Source of the DNA: Patescibacteria group bacterium
GTDB taxonomy: Bacteria; Patescibacteriota; Patescibacteriia; Magasanikbacterales; GWA2-37-8
Assembly: GCA_004321885.1 (NCBI GenBank)
Contig: SCQK01000013.1
Coordinates: 1 to 64,000 of the forward strand
Reading direction: 5' to 3'
DNA length: 64,000 nucleotides
Numbering within the stretch: the first letter of the stretch is position 1; every line of letters begins with the position of its first letter. The notes below the pieces were generated by a model. That model was not told where the DNA came from. It worked only from the letters and a program-made list of their open reading frames with translations, and did no database searches. Below are positions 41,089 to 51,718 of this stretch, one piece after another. Both the position numbers and the translations under genes were made by a program.

Positions 41089-42042
41089 ATGTCTATAAAT
41101 GCACTTCCCTACCTGGATGATTTTATTTTGAACTTGAAAGCAAATAATTTTTCGGAAGAAACCGCGTATAATTACGAACGCGACCTCAATACTTTTGAGA
41201 TTTTTTTGAGTGAAGACCTAAAAAAAACATTTAACAAAGTAGATAAAACTGACCTGCTGAGATTTAAGGCCTATTTGATGTCTTCTGACCGTAAAACGGC
41301 TAAAACCGTCAAAACAAGCAAAAAATTAAGCAGTTATTCTATAAATCGCATACTATCTTCGTTGAGGTCGTATCTGAAATTTTTAGAAGATATGGACCAC
41401 AACCCTCCCGTCTCCCCTGCCGCGGTAAAATTAATCAAGAACATAAAAAAACACGCGCAGGTGCCGGAATTTGAAGAAATCATAAAAGTGATTGAGGCGC
41501 CGATGAAATACGAAGAAGACGAACGAATAGCTCTACGAAATCGGGCGATATTAGAGACACTGTTCGCTACAGGCATGCGTATTTCGGAACTTTTGTCGTT
41601 AAAAGTCGTTCAAATTGACCAAACCGGACGCATCTATATACTGGGAAAAGGCAAAAAACAACGTTTTGTCTACCTGACACCCAGAGCGCTCGCGCACCTA
41701 AAAAATTACCTGGCGAAACGAAACAGTACTTCTGAAATGCTATTTGTCCCCTACCGCGGCAGAAATAACAAAGAAAAAAATAAAAAAATATCGCCTAATT
41801 ATCTTCAATTTAAGATTAAGCGATACAGAGAGTTGCTTGATATCAATATTCCCATCAGCGCGCACACCTTGCGACACGGGTTTGCCACCTATCTGGCTGA
41901 AAACGGGGCAAACCCGGCCGCCATCCAGATATTGCTTGGCCACGAGTCGCTGGATACGACCACTCGCTATGTTCACGCTTCAGACAAATTCGCGGAGAAA
42001 ACTCACCACGATTTTCACCCTCTCTTTAAGGACAAAAACTAA
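41089..42042 (+). CDS. Tyrosine site-specific recombinase (XerC/XerD-like)
   Basis: 'ETLFATGMRISELLSL', catalytic 'HTLRHGFATYL' and 'LLGHESLDTTTRYVH' (R..HxxR..Y). Confidence 0.85.
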   Translation: MSINALPYLDDFILNLKANNFSEETAYNYERDLNTFEIFLSEDLKKTFNKVDKTDLLRFKAYLMSSDRKTAKTVKTSKKLSSYSINRILSSLRSYLKFLEDMDHNPPVSPAAVKLIKNIKKHAQVPEFEEIIKVIEAPMKYEEDERIALRNRAILETLFATGMRISELLSLKVVQIDQTGRIYILGKGKKQRFVYLTPRALAHLKNYLAKRNSTSEMLFVPYRGRNNKEKNKKISPNYLQFKIKRYRELLDINIPISAHTLRHGFATYLAENGANPAAIQILLGHESLDTTTRYVHASDKFAEKTHHDFHPLFKDKN

Positions 42043-43064
42043 ATACTCGCCTCAATTATTAAATCCAGCATCTCGGGAAAAGAGATTCCCATTTTTGCGG
42101 CCGCCTCGGGAAACAAGCTCGCCGGCGTCATACCGGGAATGGTGTTGGTCTCTATCACATAAATTTTTCCGTCGTCGGCCACAAACATATCGGTGCGCGA
42201 CATTCCCCTGCAATCCAAAATTTTGTGCGCCTTCTTTGCCAATTCCTGAATTTCTTTATTCACCTTTGCCGAAAAATCCGCCGGACAAATATGCGTGGAA
42301 CCGCCAGCCGCGTATTTTGACTTATAATCATAAAACTCGCCCAAATTAGGCAAAATATGAGTGGGCGGAAACGCAATCAGCTCTCCCCTCTTCTCTATTA
42401 TTCCGCAGGTGGCTTCCTTTCCTCTGATAAATTTCTGCGCCATTAACCACGGAAATTTTTTAATCGTTTTGTTCACGGCTTTTATCAATTCATTTTCATT
42501 TTTTACGATACTCACACCCACGGCCGAACCCTGGTCAACCGGTTTGAGCACGCACGGGTAGCTGATATTTTTTTTCACAACCGCGAGAAACTTTGGCTGA
42601 TTATTTTTCCACTCGTCTTTCTTAAAATGTTCAAACTTTGGGTGCGGCAGACCGTTGTGTTCATAAATCTGTCCGCTAAAAACTTTGTTCATGGCCAGGG
42701 CGCTGGCCAATACGCGCGAGCCTGTGTAAGGAATATCCAAACTTTCCAGCAACCCTTGTAAGCTGCCGTCTTCACCGAATGTGCCGTGAAGGGCAATAAA
42801 AACAACATCAATTTTTTTGTTTGCTTCCTCTCCGCTTTTCATCAATTTCGTTTCGTCGCTTAACTTTAGCGCGCCGACGGAATTCAATTGATGATAGAAT
42901 TTTTTATCAAACAAAATTTTGCGCTTTTGGTCTATTTCAAACGGCAGAATTTCATATTTTTTTTTGTCCAAACCCCTGCAAATCGCCTTGCCGGTAATAA
43001 GCGATATTTTTCTCTCGGCCGATGGGCCTCCCATCAGTACGCTAACGGATAATTTTTTTGGCAT
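42039..43064 (-). CDS. ddl: D-alanine--D-alanine ligase
   Basis: ATP-grasp motifs: 'MPKKLSVSVLMGGPSAERKISL', 'IALHGTFGEDGSLQGLLE', 'EINTIPGMT'. The 51 upstream codons in the ORF track have no Ddl-like sequence, so the start is set at the internal Met. Confidence 0.85.
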   Translation of the reverse strand: MPKKLSVSVLMGGPSAERKISLITGKAICRGLDKKKYEILPFEIDQKRKILFDKKFYHQLNSVGALKLSDETKLMKSGEEANKKIDVVFIALHGTFGEDGSLQGLLESLDIPYTGSRVLASALAMNKVFSGQIYEHNGLPHPKFEHFKKDEWKNNQPKFLAVVKKNISYPCVLKPVDQGSAVGVSIVKNENELIKAVNKTIKKFPWLMAQKFIRGKEATCGIIEKRGELIAFPPTHILPNLGEFYDYKSKYAAGGSTHICPADFSAKVNKEIQELAKKAHKILDCRGMSRTDMFVADDGKIYVIETNTIPGMTPASLFPEAAAKMGISFPEMLDLIIEASI

Positions 43065-43074
43065 AACTAAAACT

Positions 43075-44295
43075 TTAAGGCAAATACGGCTGCGGGTCAA
43101 CGGGAATGCCGCTCTGTCTAATTTCAAAATGCAAATGCGGACCCGTAACAAACGGCCCGGCGCCGGCTGTACCCGGGGTGCCGCCGCTGTAACCGATAAT
43201 ATCGCCTTTGGCCACAAACTGGTCTTCGGCCACGCTGATACTGCTCATGTGCCCGTATAAAGTGGACAAATTTCCGGGATGCACGATAAGTGTGTAGCTG
43301 TAACAGCTGGCGCTGGAACACCGCTTGGCCCGCGCCACATAACCCGAGGCCGAGGCCTGAATGGGCGTCCCCTGCTTGGCGCGAATATCAATGCCGCTGT
43401 GTTCAAAGACCTTGCGATAGGGGTATTCCGGATCGTGAAACAGGGCCGTGATAAACCGGCCCGGGACCGGCCAGTCAAAATCAGTACTGCCCGCCGATAA
43501 TTTGTTGCTGGCCGCCAATTTCTTTCGCACCTCGTTCTCAAAACCCTTGACCTCGTCTTCTATCTGCTGATACTGCCGCCGCAGGCTGGTAAGCAGGGTC
43601 TGGTATTGCATTTCCGAACTTTTTGTCTGAATAAGCAAACTCTGTTTGACAAAAGTATCTTCCAGCAAGTCTCCCTTCCTGCCTTCCAATTCTTCCTTCA
43701 AATTATCGTACATTTTTTTTCTGTTCTCCACCTGCTCTTTTTTTGACTGTAAATCTTCTTTGGCCAGTCTGATGGTTTTGGCCGAGCGTCCCAAATCAGT
43801 ATAAACATTTTCCAGATATTGAACTTGATTATAAAATTCGGAAAAACTTTTGTTCGTGAGCAAAATTTCCAAGTAGCCTTTTTGCTTATCGGCGTTGATT
43901 TCCCTCATCATTTTCGCTATTATTCTTTTTTCTTTCTCAATAGCCTGCTGTTTCGCCGTTATAGACAGCTCCAAGGCCTCAATTTCCAGCTTGGCCTGCT
44001 TGATTTTTTCTTCGGTAAGCTCAATTTCCGTTTTGAGCTGGTCCACATGATTGTCAAGGATGCTCAACTGATTGCGCAATGACACGGCCTCGGTCTGCTT
44101 TTGCCTGATACTGCGCTTGTAGCTTTCTATTGTCTTTTCCAATTCCTTAATCTTGTCTTTTCGCTCCTGAATTTTGCTGTTCAGCTCTTTTATCTCTTCG
44201 CTCGCCTGCCCCTCTTGCGCCAAAACAGAAAAATTTTGCCAAAGCGGCAAAGCAATAATAATCGCTCCCAAAATTACGACAAGCCTTAATCTCAT
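43075..44295 (-). CDS. M23 family metallopeptidase with N-terminal coiled coil (EnvC-like)
   Basis: Signal/TM, long coiled coil, C-terminal 'HSGIDIRA...GYSGGTPGTAGAGPFVTGPHLHFEIR' (HxxxD...HxH). Confidence 0.8.
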   Translation of the reverse strand: MRLRLVVILGAIIIALPLWQNFSVLAQEGQASEEIKELNSKIQERKDKIKELEKTIESYKRSIRQKQTEAVSLRNQLSILDNHVDQLKTEIELTEEKIKQAKLEIEALELSITAKQQAIEKEKRIIAKMMREINADKQKGYLEILLTNKSFSEFYNQVQYLENVYTDLGRSAKTIRLAKEDLQSKKEQVENRKKMYDNLKEELEGRKGDLLEDTFVKQSLLIQTKSSEMQYQTLLTSLRRQYQQIEDEVKGFENEVRKKLAASNKLSAGSTDFDWPVPGRFITALFHDPEYPYRKVFEHSGIDIRAKQGTPIQASASGYVARAKRCSSASCYSYTLIVHPGNLSTLYGHMSSISVAEDQFVAKGDIIGYSGGTPGTAGAGPFVTGPHLHFEIRQSGIPVDPQPYLP

Positions 44296-44313
44296 GGGAA
44301 TATTTTACAATTC

Positions 44314-45738
44314 TTAGATAATTTTTGCAATCGCTTTGTCAAGCCGGGCCAGGGATTCCGCTTTCCCCAAAACCTCGGCGATTTCAAACGGCCCGGGAGA
44401 ATTTTGCTGGCCGGAAAGCGCCACGCGCATGGGCCACAACGCCGCTCCAACAGAATATCCTTTTTCCGCGAGCCACTCCCCTATCCCCTGCTCCAACTTA
44501 CCCATATTCCAGGCTTGAACACTAAATGTGTTCAATAATTTGGCTAACTCTGGCAAAATTTTAGCAACTTCTTGCCTGTTACTCTTTTTCCAAACCAGCA
44601 AATCAGATGGGTAATCGGGCAAAACAAACACAAACTTCAAGGCCCCGGGCAACTCGGACAATGTCGTAATTCGTTCTCTTTCCAAACCGACAGCTCGCTC
44701 AATCAATTCCTTGTTCTCTATGCTATATTCTTTATTCGCGTTAAACCACGGCTCGGCGATTTTGGCCAGTTCTTTATCGGACAATTTTTTAATATACTCC
44801 TTATTATACCAATCAAGTTTATCTACATTAAACACCGCGCCGGCTCTGCCCGCCTTAGTGATGTCAAATTCTTTGACCAACTCTTTTAAAGAAAAAAATT
44901 CTTTATCCGTGCCCGGATTCCACCCCAAAAATGCCACAAAATTCACCAGGGCTTCGGGCAAGTACCCTTTCTGGCGATAGTCCTCCACCGACACATCACC
45001 CTGGCGCTTGCTCAACTTTGATTTATCAGGATTGAGCAAAAGCGGCAGGTGCGCCATCTGCGGAATATCCCAGCCAAAAAAATTATATAACTGAATATGC
45101 TTGGGCACGCTGGAAATCCATTCCTCGCCGCGAATAATGTGCGTTATTTTCATTTCGTGGTCATCGACCACCACGGCCAAATGATAAGTGGGATAGCCGT
45201 CGGATTTTATCAGCACCTGGTCGTCCACCAATTCATTCTTAAATCTCACTTCCCCGCGTATTAAATCATTAAAAACCGTCTCACCGCTAACGGGCATCTT
45301 CATTCTTATCACATGCCTCTCCCCTGCTTGCACGCGCTGGCCGGCTTCCTTCGGGTCTATGTCCCGACAGAGACCGTCGTAGCCAGTAGGTATTTTTTTG
45401 TCCTTCTGTTTTTGACGTAAGTTTTCCAGCCGCTCGGCCGAGCAAAAACAATAATACGCGTGGTCCTCTTTTATCAACTGCTCGACGTGCCGGTGATAAA
45501 TATCCAGACGCTTGGATTGCTCAAACGGCCCTTCGTCAAATTTTATCCCGGACCAAGCCAATGATTTTATAATATTCTCCACCCCGCCCTCCACATATCT
45601 TTCTCTGTCTGTATCTTCAATGCGCAACACAAACTTTCCGCCGTTTTGTTTGGCGAACAAATAATTATACAAAGCTGTCCGGAGTCCTCCGACATGCAAA
45701 AACCCTGTGGGACTGGGAGCAAAACGAGTTCTTACCAT
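44314..45738 (-). CDS. gltX: Glutamyl-tRNA synthetase
   Basis: 'RFAPSPTGFLHVGGLRTALYNY' (HIGH) and 'KLSKR' (KMSKS). Confidence 0.9.
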   Translation of the reverse strand: MVRTRFAPSPTGFLHVGGLRTALYNYLFAKQNGGKFVLRIEDTDRERYVEGGVENIIKSLAWSGIKFDEGPFEQSKRLDIYHRHVEQLIKEDHAYYCFCSAERLENLRQKQKDKKIPTGYDGLCRDIDPKEAGQRVQAGERHVIRMKMPVSGETVFNDLIRGEVRFKNELVDDQVLIKSDGYPTYHLAVVVDDHEMKITHIIRGEEWISSVPKHIQLYNFFGWDIPQMAHLPLLLNPDKSKLSKRQGDVSVEDYRQKGYLPEALVNFVAFLGWNPGTDKEFFSLKELVKEFDITKAGRAGAVFNVDKLDWYNKEYIKKLSDKELAKIAEPWFNANKEYSIENKELIERAVGLERERITTLSELPGALKFVFVLPDYPSDLLVWKKSNRQEVAKILPELAKLLNTFSVQAWNMGKLEQGIGEWLAEKGYSVGAALWPMRVALSGQQNSPGPFEIAEVLGKAESLARLDKAIAKII

Positions 45739-45759
45739 AAAATTTGCTGTAAAGCGCGG

Positions 45760-45835
45760 CTGAATGTGTTCGCAGCGCCTTATCCCGACTCAGTCGGGAT
45801 GGCCGAGGCCTCGCGGCCGAGGAAAGCGAGAACGC
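45760..45835. other. Highly structured intergenic element (nested imperfect palindromes) between gltX and wecG
   Basis: Outer pair 'cgcggctgaatgtgttcgc/gcgagaacgcattcagccgcg'. Inner 'cccgactcagtcggg' and 'ccgaggcctcgcggccgagg'. Confidence 0.3.
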
Positions 45836-45837
45836 AT

Positions 45838-46575
45838 TCAGCCGCGCGAACTTATCAATAAATATGTAAATCTTATAGTCGCGTTAAAGATACGTTCAAA
45901 CCGTCGCGGCTGCGTCAACAACCGGTACATCCATTCTAACCCAACTTTACGCATCAGTAAAGGCGCGCGCTTTACTTTTCCAGAAAGATAATCAAAGGCC
46001 CCGCCCACGCCCATGGCTATTTTTACCGACGGCATTTTTGACAAATTTTCGTGTATCCATTTTTCCTGTTTGCCCATCCCAAAAGCGACAAAGAGAATAT
46101 CCGGCCGTGATTGATTAATTAGTTGAATCGTTGAATTGTCAACTGATTGGAAATTCTCGCTAATAGCCGGTCCCTTATCGCACCCTGCTATTTTCAAATT
46201 CGGAAACTGTTGTTTCAAATTTTCCGCCGCTTTTCTGACAACTTCGTCCTCACCGGAGCCGAGCAAATACACGCTCCTCCCCTCTTCGGCCGCCACTTGA
46301 CACAACTCCAGCATAAAATTCGCGCCGGTGATGCGCGGCGCTTTTGTCCCTGCTAAACGGCAAGCCAACGCCAATCCAAACCCATCGCACAAGTTCAAAT
46401 CGCCAGCGTTCAAAATATTTTTAAAATTTTCATCTTTTTGCGCCTTCACCGCCATCTCGGGATTGGGCGTAAATATCTTGTGCTGCTTGCCTATCAAGTC
46501 ACGCAAAAACTCACGCGCCCTCTCGCGCGCTCCTTCCAAATCCATCTCATCAACTTTCACTCCCAAAATCATCAT
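45838..46575 (-). CDS. WecB/TagA/CpsF-family glycosyltransferase
   Basis: N-terminal 'ILGVKVDEMDLEGARERA' and overall TagA-like pattern. Confidence 0.7.
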   Translation of the reverse strand: MMILGVKVDEMDLEGARERAREFLRDLIGKQHKIFTPNPEMAVKAQKDENFKNILNAGDLNLCDGFGLALACRLAGTKAPRITGANFMLELCQVAAEEGRSVYLLGSGEDEVVRKAAENLKQQFPNLKIAGCDKGPAISENFQSVDNSTIQLINQSRPDILFVAFGMGKQEKWIHENLSKMPSVKIAMGVGGAFDYLSGKVKRAPLLMRKVGLEWMYRLLTQPRRFERIFNATIRFTYLLISSRG

Positions 46576-47126
46576 GGGGTCAGCTTAAAAGTTTGTAAAA
46601 TATTGTAAACCGGACCGGCCGGCGCGAGTTCGCTTTCTATCAGCTCTATTTTATCCGCGAGCCAGTTAATTTTTTCTATTGGCATGGCGGCAAGCCCGTT
46701 CGGATTATTCCATTCTCGCTTCACTCTGCCCAATGTAATGTGCGGCCGCCAAATATGGTCTTCAAATTCCAGCCCCAAGGCAAATAATTTTTCTTCCAGA
46801 TCTTTATGCAACTTCGCGCAGTCGCGTTTTTCCTCGGCCGCGGCGCAAACCAGCACTTTTGGCCGGTTCAAGTCGGGAAAACCGTCCAGTGAATCAAGCC
46901 AAATTGAAAATCCGGGGCGTTTGGCCGCCTCGTCCAGGACTTTTTTTACTTGTTCCGCCTGCCCGTCTGTGATATCGCCCAAAAAAGCCAGCGTGATATG
47001 CATATTCTGCCGTTCTGTCCATTTTATCGGTACGCGCTCATTCAGCCGTTTTATCTCATTCTGCGCCAATTCCAACTCATTTTTGGCCTCTTCCGGCACC
47101 GGCAAGGCAATGAAAATTCGCGGCAT
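46572..47126 (-). CDS. RNA 2',3'-cyclic phosphodiesterase / 2'-5' RNA ligase (LigT/ThpR, 2H family)
   Basis: Two H-x-T/S-x motifs 'HITLAF' and 'HITLGR'. Confidence 0.8.
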   Translation of the reverse strand: MPRIFIALPVPEEAKNELELAQNEIKRLNERVPIKWTERQNMHITLAFLGDITDGQAEQVKKVLDEAAKRPGFSIWLDSLDGFPDLNRPKVLVCAAAEEKRDCAKLHKDLEEKLFALGLEFEDHIWRPHITLGRVKREWNNPNGLAAMPIEKINWLADKIELIESELAPAGPVYNILQTFKLTP

Positions 47127-47149
47127 AATTATGGTAATGATACCATATC

Positions 47150-47203
47150 TTGACAGCCCAGGACAACCCGTGCTATTATCACTCTATTAAGGAGAGTGAT
47201 AAT
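47150..47203 (+). promoter_or_regulatory. clpB promoter (TTGACA-18-TATTAT) followed by a CIRCE-like inverted repeat TTATCACTC-N9-GAGTGATAA overlapping the RBS
   Basis: Seen directly: 'ttgacagcccaggacaacccgtgctattatcactctattaaggagagtgataatATG'. The CIRCE consensus TTAGCACTC-N9-GAGTGCTAA matches at 16/18 positions with identical 9-nt spacing. Confidence 0.5.
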
Positions 47204-49846
47204 ATGATTCCCCAAAACTTCACCAATAAAGCCCAGGAAGCCATCCAAAACGCGGCCCGCATCGCCTTTGAAAACAGCGGCCAGCAAGTAGAGCCGCCGC
47301 ATGTCTTTTTTTCGCTTTTAGAGGGCTCGGAAAGCATCATCAACTCGGTTTTTGCTAAAATCAACACCAACCTCATCGCCCTGAAAGCCGAAACCCAGTC
47401 GCTGATAGACCGCCTGCCCAAACAAACCTTAAATATTCTAAGCGGCGGCCTGGGGCAAATTTTGCTTGGCCAAGGGACGCTTTATTTATTTCAAACAGCC
47501 GGCGGCGAGGCCAAAAAAATGGGAGACGAGTATATTTCATTAGAGCATCTCTTGCTCGCCTTTACCACCACCAAAAATCCGGTCAGCGACCTCTTGGCGC
47601 GCCATGGAGTGAACTATGACAAAATTATCCAGGTGCTGGCGGGCATCCGCGGCTCGCAAAAAATAGACAGCCCTGAGCCAGAAAATAAATACAATGTTTT
47701 AGAAAAATACGGCAAAAATCTCACGGCCCTGGCGGCCAAAGAAAAACTTGACCCGGTCATCGGACGCGACATTGAAATCCGCCGCGTCATGCAGATACTT
47801 TCCCGCCGCACCAAAAACAACCCGGTGCTCATCGGCGAGCCGGGCACAGGCAAAACCGCCATTGTTGAAGGGTTGGCCCAACGCATTGTGAACGGCGACG
47901 TGCCCGAATCTTTGCACAATAAAGAAATCGTGTCCCTTGATATTGGCTCGCTTTTGGCCGGCACCAAATTCCGCGGCGAATTTGAAGAGCGCCTCAAGGC
48001 CGTACTTAAAGAAATAGACAGCTCGGCCGGCAAAATCATTCTATTTATTGATGAATTACACACCATCGTCGGCGCCGGCTCTTCCGAAGGCTCGGTGGAC
48101 GCCAGCAATATGTTAAAGCCCGCTTTGTCGCGCGGCACCCTGCACGCCATCGGCGCCACCACCCTCAAAGAATACCAAAAATACATAGAAAAAGACGCAG
48201 CCCTGGAGCGCCGCTTCCAGCCGGTGCTGGTATTGGAACCGTCGCGCGACGACGCCGTCGCGATACTTCGCGGCATCAAAGAAAAATACGAAGTACATCA
48301 CGGCGTGCGCATCACCGACGCCGCCATTATTTCGGCCGTAGACCTGTCCCAGCGCTACATCACCGACCGCTTTTTGCCCGACAAGGCCATAGACCTGATA
48401 GACGAAGCCACCTCGGCCCTGCGCATGCAGATAGACTCCATGCCCGACGAGCTGGATGCCATGAAGCGCAAAATGCTGAAACTGGAAATTGAAAAGCGCG
48501 CCCTGAAAAAAGAAACCGACGAAATTTCCAAAAAACGGCTCAATGATTTGGAAAAAGAACTGGCCAACCTGAAAGAAGAAAGCTCGGCTTTGGAAGGCCG
48601 CTGGAAAAACGAAAAAGAAATCATCGGCGTGATTCACGAAAGCAAAAAAGAAATTGAGCGCTTAAAATCACAAGCCGAAATAGAAGAGCGCAGGGGTGAT
48701 TTGCAAAAAGTCGCCGAAATTCGCTATGGCCGCATTCCCGAACTGGAAACCGCCATCAAAAACAGCGAGCGCAAGCTAGTGAAAATGCAAAAAGAGCGCG
48801 GCATCTTGAAAGAAGAAGTTACGGAACAAGACATCGCCGGCGCTGTCTCGCGCTGGACTGGCATTCCGGTTTCCAAAATGCTCATGACCGAAGCGGAAAA
48901 ATTGGTCAAAATGGAAAGTGAACTGGCCAAACGGGTGGTGGGACAGGAAGAAGCGGTGGAAACTATTTCCAACGCCATTCGCCGCTCGCGCGCCGGCATC
49001 AGCGAACCCAAGCGCCCCATCGGTTCGTTTATTTTTCTCGGCCCCACCGGCGTGGGCAAAACCGAATTGGCCAAGGCCCTGGCCGAATTTATGTTTGACA
49101 CCGATGAAGCCCTGGTGCGCGTGGATATGAGCGAATATATGGAAAAACACAGTGTGAGCAAAATTATCGGCTCGCCCCCGGGCTACGTGGGCTACGAAGA
49201 AGGCGGACAGCTGACCGAGGTCGTCCGCCGCCGCCCCTACGCCGTGGTCTTGTTTGACGAAATAGAAAAAGCCCACCCGGACGTATTTAATATTTTGTTG
49301 CAAATTTTGGATGACGGAAAAGTAACCGACTCCAAAGGCCGCGCCGTGAACTTCAAAAACACCATCATCATCATGACCAGCAATGTGGGCAGTGAAATGA
49401 TTTTAGACTTCAAGAAACGCGGGGAATTCGGCTTTGCCGAAGAAGCGAAGCCTGGTAAAAAAGACAAACAGGACGAAAAGAAAATTGAAGAAAAAGTGCT
49501 GGAAGCCCTACGCGGCCAATTCAAACCGGAATTTTTAAACCGCGTGGATGATATCGTGATTTTCCATTCCCTCGGGCAAAAACAAATCGCGAAAATAATT
49601 GAGATGCAATTGAATGAATTGCAGGAACGGCTAAGCGAACAACGTATCACTCTAAAAATAGATGAGGCGGCCAAAAAACATTTAGCGCAAAAGGGCTTTA
49701 ACCCCGACTATGGCGCCCGCCCCTTAAAGCGCGTGATTCAAACCGAACTGATGAATCTTTTATCTCTTCGCATTATTGAAGGAAAAATAAAAGACGGCCA
49801 AACCGTCAAAATCTCCGCCGACAAAGGCGCCATTGTCATCGCCTAA
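47204..49846 (+). CDS. clpB: Chaperone disaggregase ClpB
   Basis: N-domain '[13 protein letters not shown]', two AAA+ modules ('GEPGTGKTA', 'GPTGVGKTE'), long middle coiled coil. Confidence 0.95.
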   Translation: MIPQNFTNKAQEAIQNAARIAFENSGQQVEPPHVFFSLLEGSESIINSVFAKINTNLIALKAETQSLIDRLPKQTLNILSGGLGQILLGQGTLYLFQTAGGEAKKMGDEYISLEHLLLAFTTTKNPVSDLLARHGVNYDKIIQVLAGIRGSQKIDSPEPENKYNVLEKYGKNLTALAAKEKLDPVIGRDIEIRRVMQILSRRTKNNPVLIGEPGTGKTAIVEGLAQRIVNGDVPESLHNKEIVSLDIGSLLAGTKFRGEFEERLKAVLKEIDSSAGKIILFIDELHTIVGAGSSEGSVDASNMLKPALSRGTLHAIGATTLKEYQKYIEKDAALERRFQPVLVLEPSRDDAVAILRGIKEKYEVHHGVRITDAAIISAVDLSQRYITDRFLPDKAIDLIDEATSALRMQIDSMPDELDAMKRKMLKLEIEKRALKKETDEISKKRLNDLEKELANLKEESSALEGRWKNEKEIIGVIHESKKEIERLKSQAEIEERRGDLQKVAEIRYGRIPELETAIKNSERKLVKMQKERGILKEEVTEQDIAGAVSRWTGIPVSKMLMTEAEKLVKMESELAKRVVGQEEAVETISNAIRRSRAGISEPKRPIGSFIFLGPTGVGKTELAKALAEFMFDTDEALVRVDMSEYMEKHSVSKIIGSPPGYVGYEEGGQLTEVVRRRPYAVVLFDEIEKAHPDVFNILLQILDDGKVTDSKGRAVNFKNTIIIMTSNVGSEMILDFKKRGEFGFAEEAKPGKKDKQDEKKIEEKVLEALRGQFKPEFLNRVDDIVIFHSLGQKQIAKIIEMQLNELQERLSEQRITLKIDEAAKKHLAQKGFNPDYGARPLKRVIQTELMNLLSLRIIEGKIKDGQTVKISADKGAIVIA

Positions 49847-49850
49847 ATTA

Positions 49851-49888
49851 CCCCCCCTCCTTTCGGAGGAGGGGGCGAGGGGGTGGTG
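49851..49888. repeat. GC-rich palindromic repeat-family copy after the clpB stop (likely bidirectional terminator between clpB and typA)
   Basis: 'ccccccctcctttcggaggagggggcgagggggtggtg'. Confidence 0.5.
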
Positions 49889-49916
49889 CAAAAAAACCGC
49901 GACATCAGGGAGGGAC

Positions 49917-51716
49917 TTATACGACTGCCGGTTTTTTACGGACCGCCCGCACCCTGCCGGTTTCCGTGAGTATTTGTTTTCGCAAACGAATGCTCTTGGG
50001 AGTAACTTCCAAATATTCGTCTTCGGCCATCATCTCCAAGCCGCGCTCCAGATTCAATTCCAGAGGCGGCGTAAGTTGAATAGCAATATCCGCGTTAGAA
50101 GATCGCATGTTGGTCAAATTTTTGCCTTTGATCGGATTTACCACCATATCCAGGCCTTTGGCCGTGGCGCCAATCACTTGCCCCTCGTAAACCTCCACGT
50201 TCGGACCCACGAACAGCGCCCCGCGCTCCTGCAAATTGGAAAGGGAATAGGCCAACGTTTTACCTGTCTCTCCGGAAATCATTGAACCGGTTTCTTTCTT
50301 TTCAATATCGCCGACATACGGCTTGAAGCCGATGACTTCACCGCACAGTATTCCTTCGCCGCGCGTATCCACGATAAATTCGCCGCGGTAGCCGAGCAGG
50401 CCGCGGGTGGGTATTTCGTAAACCATTCTGGTATGATTTTGCTCGGGGCGCATCTCCAGCATCTGTCCTTTTCTTTTGGCCATTTTTTCAATCACTGTTC
50501 CGCAAAATTCCGGCGGCACGTCAATGGTCACTTCTTCAAACGGCTCGCGCTTCACGCCGTCCACTTCTTTGATAATTACTTGCGGCTGGGAAACCTGCAC
50601 TTCAAAACCATCGCGCCGCATATTTTCCAAAAGAATGGCGATATGCAATTCGCCGCGGCCATAGACTTTGCAATAATCAACCGCGGAAAAATCAATCCTA
50701 AGCCCCACGTTTACCTCCAATTCCTTTTGCAAGCGCTCCCTTATCTGCCGGCTGGTCACATACTTGCCCTCGCGTCCGGCAAAAGATGAATTATTCACCA
50801 AAAAATTAAGCGAGATGGTCGGCTCGTCTATCTTTATCGCCGGCAAGGATTGCTGTTCTTTGTTCGCGCAAACCGTATCGCCGATATAAATGTCGGGCAG
50901 ACCGGCGAGCATCACAATATCCCCGGCTGTCGCTTCCGAAACTTCTTTTTTCGTCAGCCCTTCAAAGGTGTAAATTTTGGTAATGGCGCCCGAGACAATT
51001 TCGCCGGCTGGTTTTTTCACGAAAACATTATCGCCCAATTTCAAGGTGCCTTGATATATTCGGCCGATGCCCATGCGGCCCAAGTAATTGTCATAAGCCA
51101 GGTTAAACGGTTGAAAAGCGCAGGGCGCGTCAATGTCGGCCACAACCGGTGGCACATTTTCCAAAATTGCGTCCAAAAGAGGCGTCAGGTCTTTGCTCTC
51201 GTCAGTCAGTTTTATCTTGGCTATCCCCTCTTTGGCAATGGCGTAAATAGTTGTGAACTCCAGTTGCTCGGCGTTCGCGCCCAAATCCATGAATAGTTCC
51301 AGAATTTTTTCCTGCGTCCATTCGGGCCGAGCCGCGGCTTTATCAATTTTATTTATCACCACCATCGGCTTCAAGCCCAGCTCAAGCGATTTTTTCAAAA
51401 CGAACTTTGTCTGTGGCATGGGCCCTTCCTGCGCGTCCACCAGAAGCAAAACCGAATCAATGGAGCGCAAGACCCGCTCCACCTCGGAACCGAAATCAGC
51501 GTGCCCGGGGGTGTCCACGATATTTATTTTTGTGCCTTTATAAAAAACCGAGGTATTTTTTGAATAAATCGTAATGCCGCGCTCTTTTTCCAGCGCGTTG
51601 AAATCCATGGTCACGGAATCGTCGGTTACCATGCCGGTCTGGCGCATCAAAGCGTCGGTCAGCTTGGTCTTGCCGTGGTCCACGTGGGCGATAATGGCGA
51701 TGTTTCTAACTTCCAT
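49917..51716 (-). CDS. typA: Translational GTPase TypA/BipA
   Basis: 'NIAIIAHVDHGKTKLTDALM', 'DTPGHADF', EF-G-like domains. 599 aa. Confidence 0.9.
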   Translation of the reverse strand: MEVRNIAIIAHVDHGKTKLTDALMRQTGMVTDDSVTMDFNALEKERGITIYSKNTSVFYKGTKINIVDTPGHADFGSEVERVLRSIDSVLLLVDAQEGPMPQTKFVLKKSLELGLKPMVVINKIDKAAARPEWTQEKILELFMDLGANAEQLEFTTIYAIAKEGIAKIKLTDESKDLTPLLDAILENVPPVVADIDAPCAFQPFNLAYDNYLGRMGIGRIYQGTLKLGDNVFVKKPAGEIVSGAITKIYTFEGLTKKEVSEATAGDIVMLAGLPDIYIGDTVCANKEQQSLPAIKIDEPTISLNFLVNNSSFAGREGKYVTSRQIRERLQKELEVNVGLRIDFSAVDYCKVYGRGELHIAILLENMRRDGFEVQVSQPQVIIKEVDGVKREPFEEVTIDVPPEFCGTVIEKMAKRKGQMLEMRPEQNHTRMVYEIPTRGLLGYRGEFIVDTRGEGILCGEVIGFKPYVGDIEKKETGSMISGETGKTLAYSLSNLQERGALFVGPNVEVYEGQVIGATAKGLDMVVNPIKGKNLTNMRSSNADIAIQLTPPLELNLERGLEMMAEDEYLEVTPKSIRLRKQILTETGRVRAVRKKPAVV

Positions 51717-51718
51717 GT

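Noticed and set aside
42039-43217. Full-length 392-aa reading of the ddl ORF
   Set aside because: The first 51 codons (MWPKAILSVTAAAPRV...) have no Ddl-like sequence, and Ddl clearly begins at MPKKLSVSVLMGGPS. The true start is taken as 43064.
47150-47203. ClpB ORF-track start at 47150 ([19 protein letters not shown]...)
   Set aside because: This region contains the promoter -10 and CIRCE-like operator. ClpB's conserved N-terminus begins at the ATG at 47204, which is preceded by GGAGAG.
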